Assembly: GCA_051942245.1 (NCBI GenBank)
Contig: JAVECL010000103.1
Span: forward strand, 1-53,102
DNA length: 53,102 nucleotides
Direction of reading: 5' to 3'
Source of the DNA: Trypethelium eluteriae
Lineage: Eukaryota
Shown one piece after another: positions 10,573 through 23,710 of this stretch (within the stretch, counting starts at the first letter, position 1; each line of letters begins with the position of its first letter). The notes beneath the pieces are model-generated. The model made no database searches and was not told where the DNA came from. It saw only the letters and a program-made list of their open reading frames with translations. Position numbers and translations under genes: made by a program.

Positions 10573-11401
10573 TCAACCCAAGGATTTCTTACCCACCAGT
10601 TCCTGGAACGTCCTCCACATACTCGTCCTCTGGATATTCTTCACCAACTCAGTGGCTCCCGACTCCGCGAGTTTCTCCGCAACTACCCTCAACCAGACAG
10701 CTTCCTTAACGATCCGTCTCAGCGTCGTGTATGCAATCCTCGCGGGAAATAGCATGTACAAAGCTTCTGAGTTCATGAGCATCGGCTGAAGGTGGTGTTC
10801 GATATTTCCGATAGCCTGGAATGCTAGCTCCTGGACCTGCGGTACCTTGTCGGCCCAATAGTTTGGGTGGTCAAGAATGAATTGTTGCTCGAGGGATCAT
10901 ATTTTGACGCTTAGATTTATTCTCCAGATATTCGCGGCATCGAGACCACTCCACCAAAGGGTGGATTGAAAGATAAGTCCGTCTGTATCACGATTCTTTC
11001 TGATGTCTTCTTCTATCTTTTCACTACGAGCATCTTCAAAGATTTCGTCATATAAGGCCTCTCAGCTGTGTAAAGAGTCGTAGAACTCACAAATCCTAGT
11101 AGTACTTGTTTCAAGGTGGACGATGTCGACCGTGCTCTTGTCGTTGGCCTCACCTATGCGCTGCGAAGGAAGGTATGACCGAATTTCCAGTGGATTCAGC
11201 TTCCTCCAGTGAGGAGGATAACCCGGAGAACAACCCTCTAAGAAAGTTGGGTGAACTAGCATAACCTTTCAGCAGACCGCGAGGATATAGTCCGTTGGAA
11301 AGGACCAGACGAAGAGCTTCTCCTAGATACGTCCTGAGATAACCCTTGAATAGAGGAATGGATACATGTCCATGATCGGTCTCGTGATTGGAATTCGGCA
11401 T
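10573..11401 (-). pseudogene. Decayed gene with two in-frame TGA stops; weak resemblance to C-terminal regions of fungal-specific transcription factors
   Basis: ORFs 11062..11262 and 10573..10782 share one frame that reads ..FYDSLHS*EALYDEIFED..LSVKI*SLEQQFILDHPNYW..LFPARIAYTTL, with stops at 11062-11064 and 10897-10899; the upstream ORF 11150..11401 is in another frame. Family assignment is tentative. Confidence 0.55.
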
Positions 11402-11533
11402 ACTTCTCTTCGTGTTTGAACTTGTACTGCATCAATAATTCAACTGGCTAATTTTCACGATTACGACCAGGTACGGGGCAAGCCAATGTCTGGCTTGCCT
11501 CCTCGATAGTGGCGACTCCTAATGGACCGTATT

Positions 11534-14500
11534 TCAGTTAGGATCAACGTTTCCTCTCTCTGCACCTGCCGCGGCCTGCTGCTCCTCTTTTCCGTCAGTA
11601 GCCGGAGCCTCTTCAGTGACGATATCTACGTCAAAATCGCGCATATTGCCCGGCTTCCACTTGAATTCGCTCGCACCAAAATTCGTTCTCAACGTAATAG
11701 AGTCACTAATACCCACCACCGGGTACAATCGACCAGTGACATTCGTGCTTGCCGCATTCACTAGATGTTGATTAGCTGTAAGCTTTGGGCCGGCACCGAG
11801 TGGTCTTCGACTTACTTAGTCTGACTCCATTCCGAGTAAAGAAAATGGCACGTCTGTCACGATCGAAGCCACAGCCCACCGTGTCGCCGTACCTATATCT
11901 TTTACTCTCGTTTTTACGCCACTCTGAATCCTCCGTCGAGCACTCGATAGCACCGTCATCACCATGGTAGCCCCAGCTAGTGGGACCCCCACGTCGCCAA
12001 CCTGGAAGCCACCTAAATAATTTGACTGCATTGCGCTTCCCAGACAGCCCGATGGCGACCTCAGGAAATCCCTTCTCACCGGCTAGGCGAAGCAACTCCA
12101 CTTCAAAATAATATCGCCGCGTTCCTGCCGGTAGAGGATGGTCTGTTAGAGCACAAGCTCGATCTGTCCAGATTTAGTCACTCCGCATCACCAAAGCATG
12201 GAACATACTGCTCACCTTTTTCATCTTTGTGAATGTAGCTGATTTGAAGACCGTCGTCTGAAACACGTAGATATTGGGGTTTCGTAATTTCCCATTTGCT
12301 AGGTTGCTTGCCGACGGAGGCTCCCTTCTCCTCAAGAAAATAGATCGTTTGTTTTTGATCATATTGCCGTGCAAACTCTAAAGCAGTCCATCCATGCTCG
12401 TCTTGCCGGTTGAAGTCGACATTGAATTCATGCAGTCTCCTCAGGATATCCAAACTGCCTTTACTCGCTGCGACGTGAAGCAAAATAGGATCCTGACTTG
12501 CTGTTTCGGGGTCCTCTAACATTAAAGATAGCAGCACCTCTTCATAGTCACCTTCCATATCATCTTCATTCCATGCTAAGCAAGCGACCTGCAAAGCCGT
12601 CTTACCTTGTCTATCCTTAATGACAGTGTCAGCCTCACAATCAATCAATTTTTGCACGATGGCACTGTGACCCCTTCGTGCCGCAGCATGTAGTGGGGTA
12701 TGCCCCAGGCGATTATCTGCTTCGTTGATGCCGACGTCGCTTGTGGTGTTCAGGAGGACTTCTATGGCGCCGGTGTAGCCAGCAGCAGCAGCCTTTCTCA
12801 AGGGAGTCTTTCCCTTCTTATTTGCTCTTTTCAAAATGCTTGGATTGTTTGCCTTGTACCAGTTCACAAGAGTTTCGCATGTGAGTAGGTCCCCATGTGC
12901 GAACGCATGGAATAGTGCGGTATTGCCTTTGAAATCAGTCCGTTCAGCATCAGCTTCTTTCTTGAGTAAACTCTGAATATTGGAGCTTTGACCATTCAGT
13001 GCTGCAAAATGCAAGGCGGTCATGCCGCCGACATCATCATCGTCGATCATAGCGCCAGCTTCTACAAGTCTTTCAACGGTCTCCGCCTGTCCCCAAGAAG
13101 CAGCAATTGCTAGAGGCATTTTCGAATGCTCATCTTCTGCATTGACATTTGCACCTCGTTCCAAAAATGCAGAGAGAAACTCTGGAGGCACTTTACCCCG
13201 ATACATAAGCAAATGTAAGGCGGTCTGTCCTGATTGGTCACCAACATTAATGTCATGGACGCCTTCCAAAACTGTCTTTAGGACATCAAGGTCGTCGCTC
13301 GACCGAGAAGCAATTTGAAGGGCAGTTCGCTTGTCGGAGCTTCGTAGGTCGCAATCAGCACCGTTCTCAATAAAGAGACGCACTTCCTCCGCCGTTGCGC
13401 CACACAGTAACAGGAGATGGAATGGGGAGAAAAGACAATCTTTCATGGAGTTAGGATCATGACCAGCTCTCAGCAGAATCTTCAACATTTCGGTTTTTTG
13501 TGTACACGAAGGTGCGTCAGCAGCGAAATGTAAGGCATTCCAGCCTGCCGTAGTGAACTTGTGGGTGTCGTCACCTCTGTCAATCAGGCGTTTGAGGACA
13601 GAAAGAAGGCCGTACCCGCAAGCTACGTGAATGGGTGTAATGGTACCACGTTCAGACTTTACAATCATCTGACCTCGCTCTGCGAGATAATTAACCCACG
13701 TAAGGAAAGCTTCGGAATCTGGTCGCATGAAATCCATGAGCCTCTCGCTAAACTTCTTCCATAAAGCATCCTCATGAGCAGAAGAACCCCACAACTCTTC
13801 AATCTTCTGAAGGTGGTAACCTAGATAGTGAGGCTCATATCTGAAGATGCGAACATTTTCACCAAAGCTGTCAAATACAGGCTTATTTTCCAGGTCGTCG
13901 CTATCAACGTCAGAGTCAGAGTCCAACCCGTCACGCGCATCAGCATCTTGAACTTGGTTGTCTGTAGAGACTTCTACGTTTTCGCCGTTTGTGTTGGGTT
14001 GCTCGGAATCGAGGTTTTCATCCGAAACACCGTTCAGTCGTGCTTGGCTGTTTTCCCTTTCAGTTTCATCGGAATGGGAAGAGACGCTCCCATCGGAAGT
14101 GGTTGAGGTCATCTTTGAATCATCCGTTTCCTGGCTCACGGCTTGGTCCTCATTTGGCAACGCAACAATGTCGACAGCGTGTGAGTCTGTTTCGTCCATC
14201 ATACTGCTATTCACTGTTCCGTCAGGTGCGCTCGGGACGTCAGACTCATTCCCGATTATTGGCAAGTATGACTTCATATAGGTCTCCCGAAACAGCTTCG
14301 ATGATATATGGTCTAGGATAGTTATTGCAATTTCTATGTGACCATGTTTCTCTGAAATTTCAAAAGGTTGGTCTGCCTCCGAGTGGGCTGGCTCACTCGA
14401 TAGGGTGTTAGTTCCGCTTATTCCTATCGTCTGTGATTTCCGAGAACCTAGAAAAAACTCTTTGACTGTATAGTGTCGCAATTTAATGATGTTCGTGTCA

Positions 14501-16524
14501 GGTATCACGCGCACAAAAGAGCTGCCGGCGCTTCTAATTTGATCAATCTGGTGCGGTCCATCATTCTCCGGAATCTTTGAGCCATCTTCGAGCTCACAGA
14601 AGGTCCGGCTATAAATATCGATGATCTCTCCCACTTTGATTTCGTCCTCTGCAAGAGTGATCCACGTCATGCATATTCGAAGTAGTTCGATATATGCTTT
14701 GTCTGTCTTTTGGAGGATTTCTCTATAATTGTTATTCAATCCCTCAGGAAGTTCAGAAAGCCTGTGGCTCAATGGTCTTTGCCAAGGCTTTCTAAGAAAC
14801 TGAATCAGCAGGGCAACACAACGGAAGTAGCCGCCTGCCTTCCGCGTGACTTCTTTGCAGGCAAGGTCACGTTCCTCCTCGGTCCAACCAGATAATTGAC
14901 TGAGTTCAACTTTTACATTGCTCTCAATATCTAGGCTGTTATTTCCTTCGACATCAATGGACGAGTAATCGTTCAAAGCCTTTTCAATCTCCGGTTCCGG
15001 CCGACTGCAGATGAGAAATTTGAGACGAACTCCCAAAATCTCATAGTTAATGATATCTTTCAGGGATTGAATTAAGCCTTCTTTTTCCAGGTCAATGCAT
15101 TCGTCAAGCGCGTCAATGACCAAGTAAATTTTGGGTTGGCCTAGGATCCGAGCAAGGTCTTGATATGCTTCTGTAAAAGAGATTGAGTCCTTGGAGCTGA
15201 TCCGTTTGGCTTGTTTTGTATCGGTTCTCTTCTGCAGAAACTTGTTAGTGACTTTATTTGCCTCATCAATCTTGCCAACCGCGTCTGTCTTTTCCACCAT
15301 CTCAAGTAGCTGGGACAGCAGATGCTTGTGGATTTTTTCGGTCTTCTTAGATGATTCGTCACCAGCATCACAATAGAAATAATGAAGCAAGTTTCTGCCT
15401 TCCTCGACTTCAGTCCTAAGGGTGTCAATGATGGCCGAAACAAGGATTGATTTGCCACAACCACCACGGCCGGAGACCCAAAGAATGTTGTTACTTGGCG
15501 CATCACGCCATTCTTCATAATCTCTATGTCGAAATATCCATGTACAGGTTTCTGGTGGGCTTCTCTCATTGATTTTCGCTTGCAAGATATTGCTTTGAAC
15601 TGCATCCATGCGTAACTGCTTTCGATAATTCTGGCACTGCTCCTTGGCAGCAGCTAGCGGGGTTTTCGTATTAATGCCTCTCAAATGTTCCAGTAGCTCG
15701 GCATTTGATATCTCATCACTCTTCCGTATGTGTTCGTATGAAGACAACTCTTCTTTTAGGACTTGCAAGTCCCTTGCGATTGCATCTTGAGCCTCAAAAG
15801 ATCGGCTTTGATTGGCCAGCATTTTTGTGGAATAATACTCCTGCATTTGCTCGGAGGCCGTATGAGCGAAGTCGCTCATTTTGGCCTCATTCTCATGCAG
15901 CGCCTGGATCTTGTCTTTGAACTTTTCGTTGGCAGATTTGAAGAAGTATTTCCCGGTGCGAACAAGTTTGTTATGGCTCATATATTTTTTGACCGAAAAG
16001 GATACCTCCAAAATATTGCAATAGATTTGGGGGATTTGATCAACGATCTGTGAATGTATTTCTTGAAAACTCTTCGGACCTTTGGGTATTCCAAACATCC
16101 TTCCATAGCATGCGCAGGAGATTAAGATTCCGATTATATCGGAACAGGCAACGCCGAAAGATTGACAAGTCGCAAAGTCATCCATTACAGAATGGAGGCA
16201 TAGCTTGACACCCATCCAGGCGAGACCAATGCTTTCTGGAGCGGATTTCATGGCCAAATCTCCGACTTTGCTGGCCATGTCAATTTTGTTGAGTATGCTA
16301 CCAAGCATAGGCGCATACTCCTTGCTTGCCTGATTCTTAGTCGCAATGCACATATCTTTGGCGTCTTGCACAGATACCCATCCCTGAAGGAACTGGCCTA
16401 GTTTTACTTCCTCGTCCTTGTCACGGCGTGCCTCCACGAACATAGCTTTGGCCTTCTGCCAATTTGACGTCTCGAAATCCACTATCCTACTTTCCATCTC
16501 GCCATGAGATTGCTCAAGATTCAT
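11534..16524 (-). CDS. Fungal NLR-like STAND protein: N-terminal helical domain - NACHT - ankyrin repeats - C-terminal SPRY domain, about 1627 aa
   Basis: join(16524..12216,12163..11816,11760..11534), introns 12164-12215 and 11761-11815. Walker A GRGGCGKS, Walker B YLVIDALDE, FLICSRPE; many ankyrin repeats (TPIHVAC, TALHLL, TALHFAA, TPLHAAA); SPRY motifs RYYFEVE, WGYHGDDG, GDTVGCG, IFFTRNG, GRLYPVVG, TNFG. Confidence 0.9.
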
Positions 16525-17203
16525 TTTTTAGCGTCGAAGGCCTGTGGCAAGGAGGAAATGATCACGGAAGCTCTCAGTAGGGCCAGCCACTCCAGCTGGC
16601 AAGATTCTCCCAGCAGTGGTTAAGAAATTGGGGTCCAAAGGGTAGGGGCGTGTTTCTCTCATTTTAAATCTTTGTTTAGATTCAGCCTTGCGGATCGCAC
16701 AGCATCTGCGACCCGAAAGGGTTACGGCTGGGTTGTGTTGAACCAATAAGCATGACCAAGGATTTCAGCTATTCTGCCTGCTGCGCTCGGACGCATATTA
16801 TGTAAAGATACGTGTAGATCAGGGGCCGAAAGCACAGCCGAATATGAGATCGACTAAAGTAAAGATAGAAAGCAGCGATTTCCTAGAAGAGCTTACTATT
16901 GAGATGACTCCGTTCTTGCTTGATGAGTAGTAATGGCGGAAGAAAGATATCTATATTAGGAGAGTGATACTGTACAATCTCCACTACGGAGTAAATTGGG
17001 TGGTAGAGTTGAATTTCGGTGCTCGGAGGTTTTGGCCTAAGTAGCGGCAGCCCTAAACTAACCGAAAATAGTGATTATATAAGCTCGCTAGCTCTCCTAG
17101 TCACCCTTGGATACCTTAGGTACTTTAACTTAGAAACCCGCACCTTCACCTTCTTCGCTCAGAGGAGATTGAACTTAGTGGTGCCTTCAACTATCCCCCC
17201 TCT

Positions 17204-17938
17204 ATGGATGAGGACAGTTCGAAAACCGCTCAGCTTGTGCTAGCCTTGCATACTGCCGTGGATTACGTCTATTGTCAGGGCGCTGGCGTGGGCATTGTGC
17301 AGCGAGCTGAGTGCGCAGTGACAGGCATAGACAAGAAGCAAGTAATTCCGGATCAAGAGCACAAGTATGGGTTCAGTCGAGAGAAACTTGTGGTTGAAAA
17401 CATCAAAACGCCTGCTAGAGCTCATATGCTCGCTCTTGTACATGCACTAGGTCTTGCTAACGGAACGATCAAACGCCACTCCTCGCAGGCCACCAAGGTG
17501 CAAAAGGTCGCAGTCTACTCCGACTCATTTAAGATTGTTGAATCTATCAATCACCACATCAAGCATGCTCCTACAAGTCTTGCCGAGGTGAAAAGTACGA
17601 ACGACCGCTTAATGATTAAGAGAGTCGTTAGTCGAGCTCAGAAGCTATCATGTCACGGTCTCGAAATATATATGGCTGGCTCTAATGGAGAGGGCAGGGG
17701 ATGGGAAAGGGCAAGGATAATGGCTAGACAAAAGGGCCGTCAAGCATGTAAAAGCCGCAGACAGCTGCGGCGGACGCATGGCAATAGGCCAGTCGAAGAG
17801 CAACAGGAAATTAAAGGTGAAAGAACTGCTGAAAGGACATTCGAGCTTGTTATTCGATCTAAAGACGTCCCGAAATCGTCGCATCAAGAGCCCACTTGCA
17901 ATCTCAGACCACAGAATAAGCAGAGACTGGGAGTGTAG
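17204..17938 (+). CDS. Degenerate RNase H-fold protein with basic C-terminal tail, 244 aa
   Basis: Order of motifs GAGVGI - RAHMLALVHAL - VAVYSDS - GWERARIMA matches RNase HI elements (G-x-G strand, RAELxA helix, I-x-SDS, GNExADxLA), but most acidic catalytic positions appear substituted. Confidence 0.55.
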   Translation: MDEDSSKTAQLVLALHTAVDYVYCQGAGVGIVQRAECAVTGIDKKQVIPDQEHKYGFSREKLVVENIKTPARAHMLALVHALGLANGTIKRHSSQATKVQKVAVYSDSFKIVESINHHIKHAPTSLAEVKSTNDRLMIKRVVSRAQKLSCHGLEIYMAGSNGEGRGWERARIMARQKGRQACKSRRQLRRTHGNRPVEEQQEIKGERTAERTFELVIRSKDVPKSSHQEPTCNLRPQNKQRLGV

Positions 17939-19488
17939 ACCGAAAAGAGATGATTCGAAGGGCCACTCCGCCTGTTGCTCGATCATCTCCATGTTTCCAC
18001 CCTCAATCTCCGCCGTCATTCTCCAGTTTTCACGTCTCAATCTCTGTGAGTTCTGATCGATCACGACAAGAACCAGACACGCAAGGTGGGCATGTGGCTC
18101 AAAAGTGCTTAAAGCTTAGATCTCTGGTTACCGAAGACGTCGCCACGTTGTGATCGAAGAGCAGAGAACGGGTAGAAAGACTCTGCTGCTGTGGACGAGG
18201 ACAGACGATCTGGGGGAGTGAAGAAATGAGATGACGGCAGGTCTGTAAGAAGGACATTTACTTTTGTTAGTCGTCACTGAGTAAGGCGCGGAAAGAGAAA
18301 CTGAACATTGTCTTTAGATACGAGGGAGGCAAGCTTGATAAAATGATGATCGAAAGCTCCATCATCTCGTCTTTACAGCGATTAAACCGATTCATTGGGC
18401 AGGCTCTTGGGTCCAGCATCCTCTTAGGAAACCTTCAAGCCTCGGTCAAGTTTATCGAATTCGGTCCCAATGGAATACCAGACTTCTGAGACTACTGCAG
18501 GATCAAGACCGTGTTAGGGTTACCGTAATGTTTGGGGATTCGGGCACCATGGAAAGGATGGACATAAATACATACACGGTGACCACGGAGTTTCCATAAT
18601 TGAGACTTGCACTGAGACTGTCATTCATTATTAACGAACGGAGGATCCAGCAACTGAAAGGACGAGATCGGCGTCCCACTGTTCGCTAGGCCATGCTGAC
18701 TAACCATATAGAGTTAGGTTTCTAGGTACGTAGCCAGATCAAGCGAATGGGCGCTCAGCCCCACTTGTTCTCCATAACGTTGACCCTAGGCATGTTTGAG
18801 ATGAGGGTAATAATAAGTTCAAGGTCTCGACGCAGTCCTGTGTACTCATACTATGTGCATCGATTGTGCGGATTTGTCCAAGACTTCCTTAGCTGCGTAG
18901 ACCGCGTAATTGTCTTCTTTCGTCTCGCTTATGGTTTCGCTTACGGTTTCGCTTGCTGTACCACAGGTATCACAATTCCCTACGTCCTCATGTAGGTGCA
19001 TAATCTAGGGTGCCCGAAGGAAGATTGTGTTCCGAATTGGGGCCATACAATCGTCGATCGTCGAAAAGATTGGTACCTCATCTCCAAAGGCGCCTGCCAA
19101 CGACGACCGAGCGCTGCGGCTCTCTGACGCGTAGGATGTTTCATTCAAGACCAACTGCATGCCATCACGCAACTTCTTAAGGCGAATGGTAACCACACCC
19201 TCAGTCTTTGATGTAGGCCTATCCTATTGCTTAGCCACTGCTCTGCGTGGTCGGGAACTTGATACTCGCTCCGTGAACGCAGGGTCAGAAGTGGCGTGTT
19301 TCCAGCGAACGGGCTCAGAAGGAATAGTTCATGCTTACTTTGTGACAATTGAGACGGTATATTTGGCTCCACGATACACAGTTGAGATGATAACTATGGG
19401 TTTCTCTCACGAATGTCCTTGTTTTTGCCTATGATCTCTTTCTCTAATCTCTTGCAATGAAATTGCCCCTCCATTCTTTTCCTTCTCG

Positions 19489-20495
19489 ATGCACATATCT
19501 AACTTTTTGCTTGTTACCTTTTTCATTTCGACAGCTCGAACGGACAAACACACATGCTACCTTCCTAATGGCAAGGTAGATACGCAAAGTCTCGCATGTC
19601 ATCCAGAACTAGCGGAGTCTCATTGCTGCGGCGTACAGGATTATTGCCTAAGCAATGGCCTCTGTCTATCGAATAACTCGGTCGCAGTGGGTGGGTGTAC
19701 TGACCAAAATTGGGACCATCCGGCTTGCTTCCAACACTGTAGAGAAGGTATGCTGCTGTCACATTGCATACATTGAACTCTTATCAACTTCTAATATCAA
19801 CCATAGCAACATCTTGGTCACGACTTTCCCCTGTACACAATGAAGGCAATGCGTTCTGCTGCACAGCCTACGAAACTGTCAACGATTCTCTGTGCACCAA
19901 TATCTACGATGGCTCCTCTCGGCCCCCTTTCATAAATCCGACCATTGGATACGTCACTCACCATCACGCCTCTGAGCCAACTTCATCACAAAAACCACTC
20001 TACCGAAGACAGCAAAGCTCTTGCACCGAAAATAATTCTTCTCCCCCGGACCCTGTCATCGTGGGCGTCTCGATCGGTATTCCCCTTAGCGCTGCTCTCT
20101 TCATCATAATCACAGTCTGCGTCATTCAGCGCAAAAAGCTCTTCCAGGAACGTCGTAGAGCTACTAAAGTCGTTGCCACAAATGAGGCTCGGCGCACCTA
20201 CGTCGTACTACCCAATCAACGGGTGGTCATGGGGCGAGGCATCGTCCGAGCTTCGCAGAGTATCCTCGAGGGCGCGGATGATAGTTATGAGATCGACGGA
20301 CGGGAGTTGAAGAGAGATGACTGGCCATTGCCTCCCTTACCGCCGCTGATGAAGGCGCAGAGCAGGAGATCACAGAGGCCAATGACAGGCTACCGGAAAC
20401 CAAGCCTGGGAGGCTCCACGATTGCACCTGTAGCGAAAGAGGGAGCCAATACGGAGGAGCATCAGCCTTTCCTAGGGACGGTAGGTCAATGTTAG
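19489..20495 (+). CDS. Single-pass membrane protein with signal peptide and Cys-rich ectodomain, about 315 aa
   Basis: join(19489..19747,19807..20495). Signal peptide MHISNFLLVTFFISTA; CYLPNG..CC....CLSNGLC..GGCTDQNW...C pattern common in ascomycete surface proteins; TM VIVGVSIGIPLSAALFIIITVCVI followed by QRKK. Confidence 0.75.
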
Positions 20496-20665
20496 GACTG
20501 GTTTGCTAAACAGCATGTTCAAATATGGCGGTTCCCAACGGCTTACGAGATAACGATCTTTATGTACGTATAGAAACTATATACATGAATAGACAAGACC
20601 AACGATTGGTTTTGAACGTCAACACCACAGACACCCTCATCGCACCGTCACCTCTACCATCCTCT

Positions 20666-21943
20666 TCACGCCACCTTCTTTGCCAGCATATCTGCCGCAT
20701 GCTGCCTCGCCAACACCGTGTACTCGGTATCATTGTACCAAATACTATTCACATCATACTGACTCCCGGACGTCAAGTTGATCGTCGCAAACTGCCAGAA
20801 GCTATCATACGCCACCTGCGTCGCATTCACCACCGTCGTCTGCCACGGCGCCTCCGTGCCCGTATGATTATGCGGAAACGGCGTCCCATACTCCTCCAAC
20901 ACGACCGGCTTCCCGATCTGACTCCCCACCTGGTCATGCTCCTCGATCCAAGTGCTACCCCACGTATAATTATACCCCCAGCTATCCGGATACAGATGAA
21001 ACGTGCCATAATCCAGGGTATCGATCTTAAGGTTCGCCGTAAAGTCAACGCCCACATCGCCACCATACGCATAGCTCCCGTCGCCGATCCCGTCGGCTGG
21101 CGCAAACCAGCCCTCGTCCCCAAGCGTCACCATGTGCGCGCCATCGAGCGACTTGATGTAGCTGCTCGTGTTCGCCGCCCAGTTCGTGATGACGCTGGTG
21201 GCGCAGCCCTGGCAGCGCGGCTCGTTGCACAGCTCCCACGCGAAGATGGCGCTGCTGTTCTTGTAGCGGTTCACGATCGCCTCGATGTACGACCGGTAGG
21301 CGGCTTGCGACGGCGCAGACGTGTACCACGAGGTGGCGTTGTCGCCGAAGGCGGCGTTGTACGATGGGATGCCGCCGAGGTCGCTCCAGTTGTTCGTGAA
21401 GGGGAGCACGAGCTGGATGCCGTGGGTTTCGGCGCTGGCGACGACGGCGTCGAGGCGGGCGAGGCCGTCCGCGCCGGTGTTGAGGTAGGAGCCGGTGGAG
21501 TTGAGGATCTGGAAGTAGACCGTGCCGGCTTGGGGGATGGAGTTTACGGAGCCAAAGGCCCAGACGCGGACGACTTTCAATTGGGTCTAGAGATATGGTG
21601 TTAGTGGTGAGGCGGACTGCGGAGATCAGAGGGGGAGGGAGAAACGAACAGCCGCAATTTCGGACATGACGGTGTCAACATCTTGATCTGAAGTTAGGTA
21701 GCTGAGCCACCAGGCATTGGTACCTGGTTCGAGTTAGCTGGTGCTCTTCAGACATTCTAACTTCACCTTACCTGCAAAATATTGGGTCGTTCCATTGATA
21801 TTAAAAAGCCGCCCATCCGGCTTCGAGACAGTATTAGTCTGTCTCTTCGACCACTGATGCAGCCCTGCAGCCGGCTTTGACGGAGCCGCAGATGCAAGTG
21901 TGAGCGAGGTAAGAAACAAACTTATAACAAAAAGGAACTTCAT
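20666..21943 (-). CDS. Secreted GH5 endo-1,4-beta-mannanase (GH5_7-like)
   Basis: join(21943..21772,21723..21650,21586..20666). Signal peptide and KR site, [25 protein letters not shown], acid/base [14 protein letters not shown], nucleophile VVLEEYG. Confidence 0.92.
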
Positions 21944-23710
21944 CTCGAGGAGATAGTTAACGAGAGTCAGAACTGACGTGAAGCTTGTAGGAATTATTCT
22001 CAAGAGGGGAACAAAGAATTTATGAACGAGAGCATAATATTGGACTGCACATGTCTGATATGGATAAATGCGATACCCACCACGGAGAAATCGAGATTTT
22101 AGCATGACGATCCTTGACGTGTCTTAGATTGATCGTCATAAAAGGCTGTGGGGAACCTTGCGGAAAATGAGCGCCCTGTATATTTTACTGGACCCTTGAG
22201 AAAACAGTTTCCCGAGATGAGTATTAGTGGTTACTCGCGAGGTACGAATCTTGCTTTCGGCTCAATGGTGAATCAAGGTGGTGAGTAGAGTATTTCGTTC
22301 GCGGCTGATGAGGGAGGAGCCGTGATCCGGACAATCCTTGTGCGCCTTCAGCCAGTCACGCAAGCAGCACTAGGAAAAGTACCAGAGCACTAGGAAAAGT
22401 AGGTGGTTGAAAGTTGTCACGAAGTCTTACGGTCTCATCAGATCACTCTGCTATCCGTTTGATGAGGAAATTCTCCTCCTCATGAAGGCCTCGCACGTCG
22501 CCGCTTTCTGTTCAGCAGATTTTAGAGTACCGCTCAATGCAGCTATGTCAGGATAGAGGCAATTAGTCTGCGTGCACTACGGTAGAGGCTTCTTTGGCGG
22601 TGCAGGTATACCAATTACCGGTAACTTCTAATTTATTTTGAGCGTGTCTGGAAGAAGATAAGAACATGTTCTCTTTGAGTACTTATTCTCATCATTACCA
22701 TCTAGGCTTCTGTACGAACCGCACCGCCTGCAATATATGATGCCTAACAGAAAAATCTGGAAGTTAAAGTATGCATATTGTAGAAACTGCTTTATCGTTC
22801 ACCTTTATTGTGTACTTCCCTTAGACTTAAATCGAGTTCCGAAAGATTTCCCAATATTTCCGTCACCATTGCGTCTGAGCCTTGTTTGGTAATCCAATCT
22901 ATACTCTACCCTTTTCATTATTGACTAGCCAAACGTATATTTGACAGTTCTCAGGTTGAACATTCTCAATAGGATTATGACCAGCTGGGAAAACAAGAGA
23001 TGGGTACGGCATGTTAAAGGTGGTAATCGGAGTTGCAATGGATTTGTGGCAGTAAGTAGGAGAAACCAATATTCATGATAGCAAAGCCGGGGCAGTATTT
23101 ACCATAAAGAGAGGACCTGACTCAACGGCTGGGTCCCTGATTGTATATTGTGATAGTTCCAATCTCCTGGTACTGAAGTCCAACATTCACCTCCTTTTCC
23201 CGCGCGATCGCACACTCCCTTCACCAGAAGCAAACACTGCTCAGCAGGACAGGTTTACAATGGTCCTGCATCATCACGAAATGAGCATAAGATCATGGGC
23301 TTTACCAACCAAAAATGGTTCAAGATGCGTATCCGCGCTGGAGTGGTGGACTTCTGACAATTGCAGCAGTGGCCATCTTGTCGTCGCGAATCTAGAGTAT
23401 CAAGCTTATTCGCCCAGCCGTCGGCCTGCATCCTACCGGCAGACCGACTAAGAGGCCACCAATCTGACTCTATTCTGGTGTTCGGCTTCCACTGCCCGGA
23501 TGCTCCTCTCCAAGAACCTACATACAATTAGTAACGCCATCCAACCCTACAACCTGCCTTGCTGCATGTCTATATCAGTCCATAGAGAGCTGTTGTCGCA
23601 TGGGACCACAAAGCGACGTAGTAAAGGAACAGCGACACTTTCATTCAAATCGCCACCTGATTCATGACCGGTGATTGCTCCGGCCAGTGACTGCGACTGC
23701 ACTGCCACTT

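Noticed and set aside
18921..18956. 12-bp tandem repeat TTTCGCTTA(T/C)GG
   Set aside because: About 2.5 copies in intergenic DNA; ordinary slippage.
20525..21604. 359-aa plus-strand ORF
   Set aside because: Antisense shadow of the GC3-rich GH5 mannanase exon.
22366..22401. AGCACTAGGAAAAGTA repeated 20 bp apart as a transposon footprint or TSD
   Set aside because: Fits a simple local tandem duplication; no element ends nearby.
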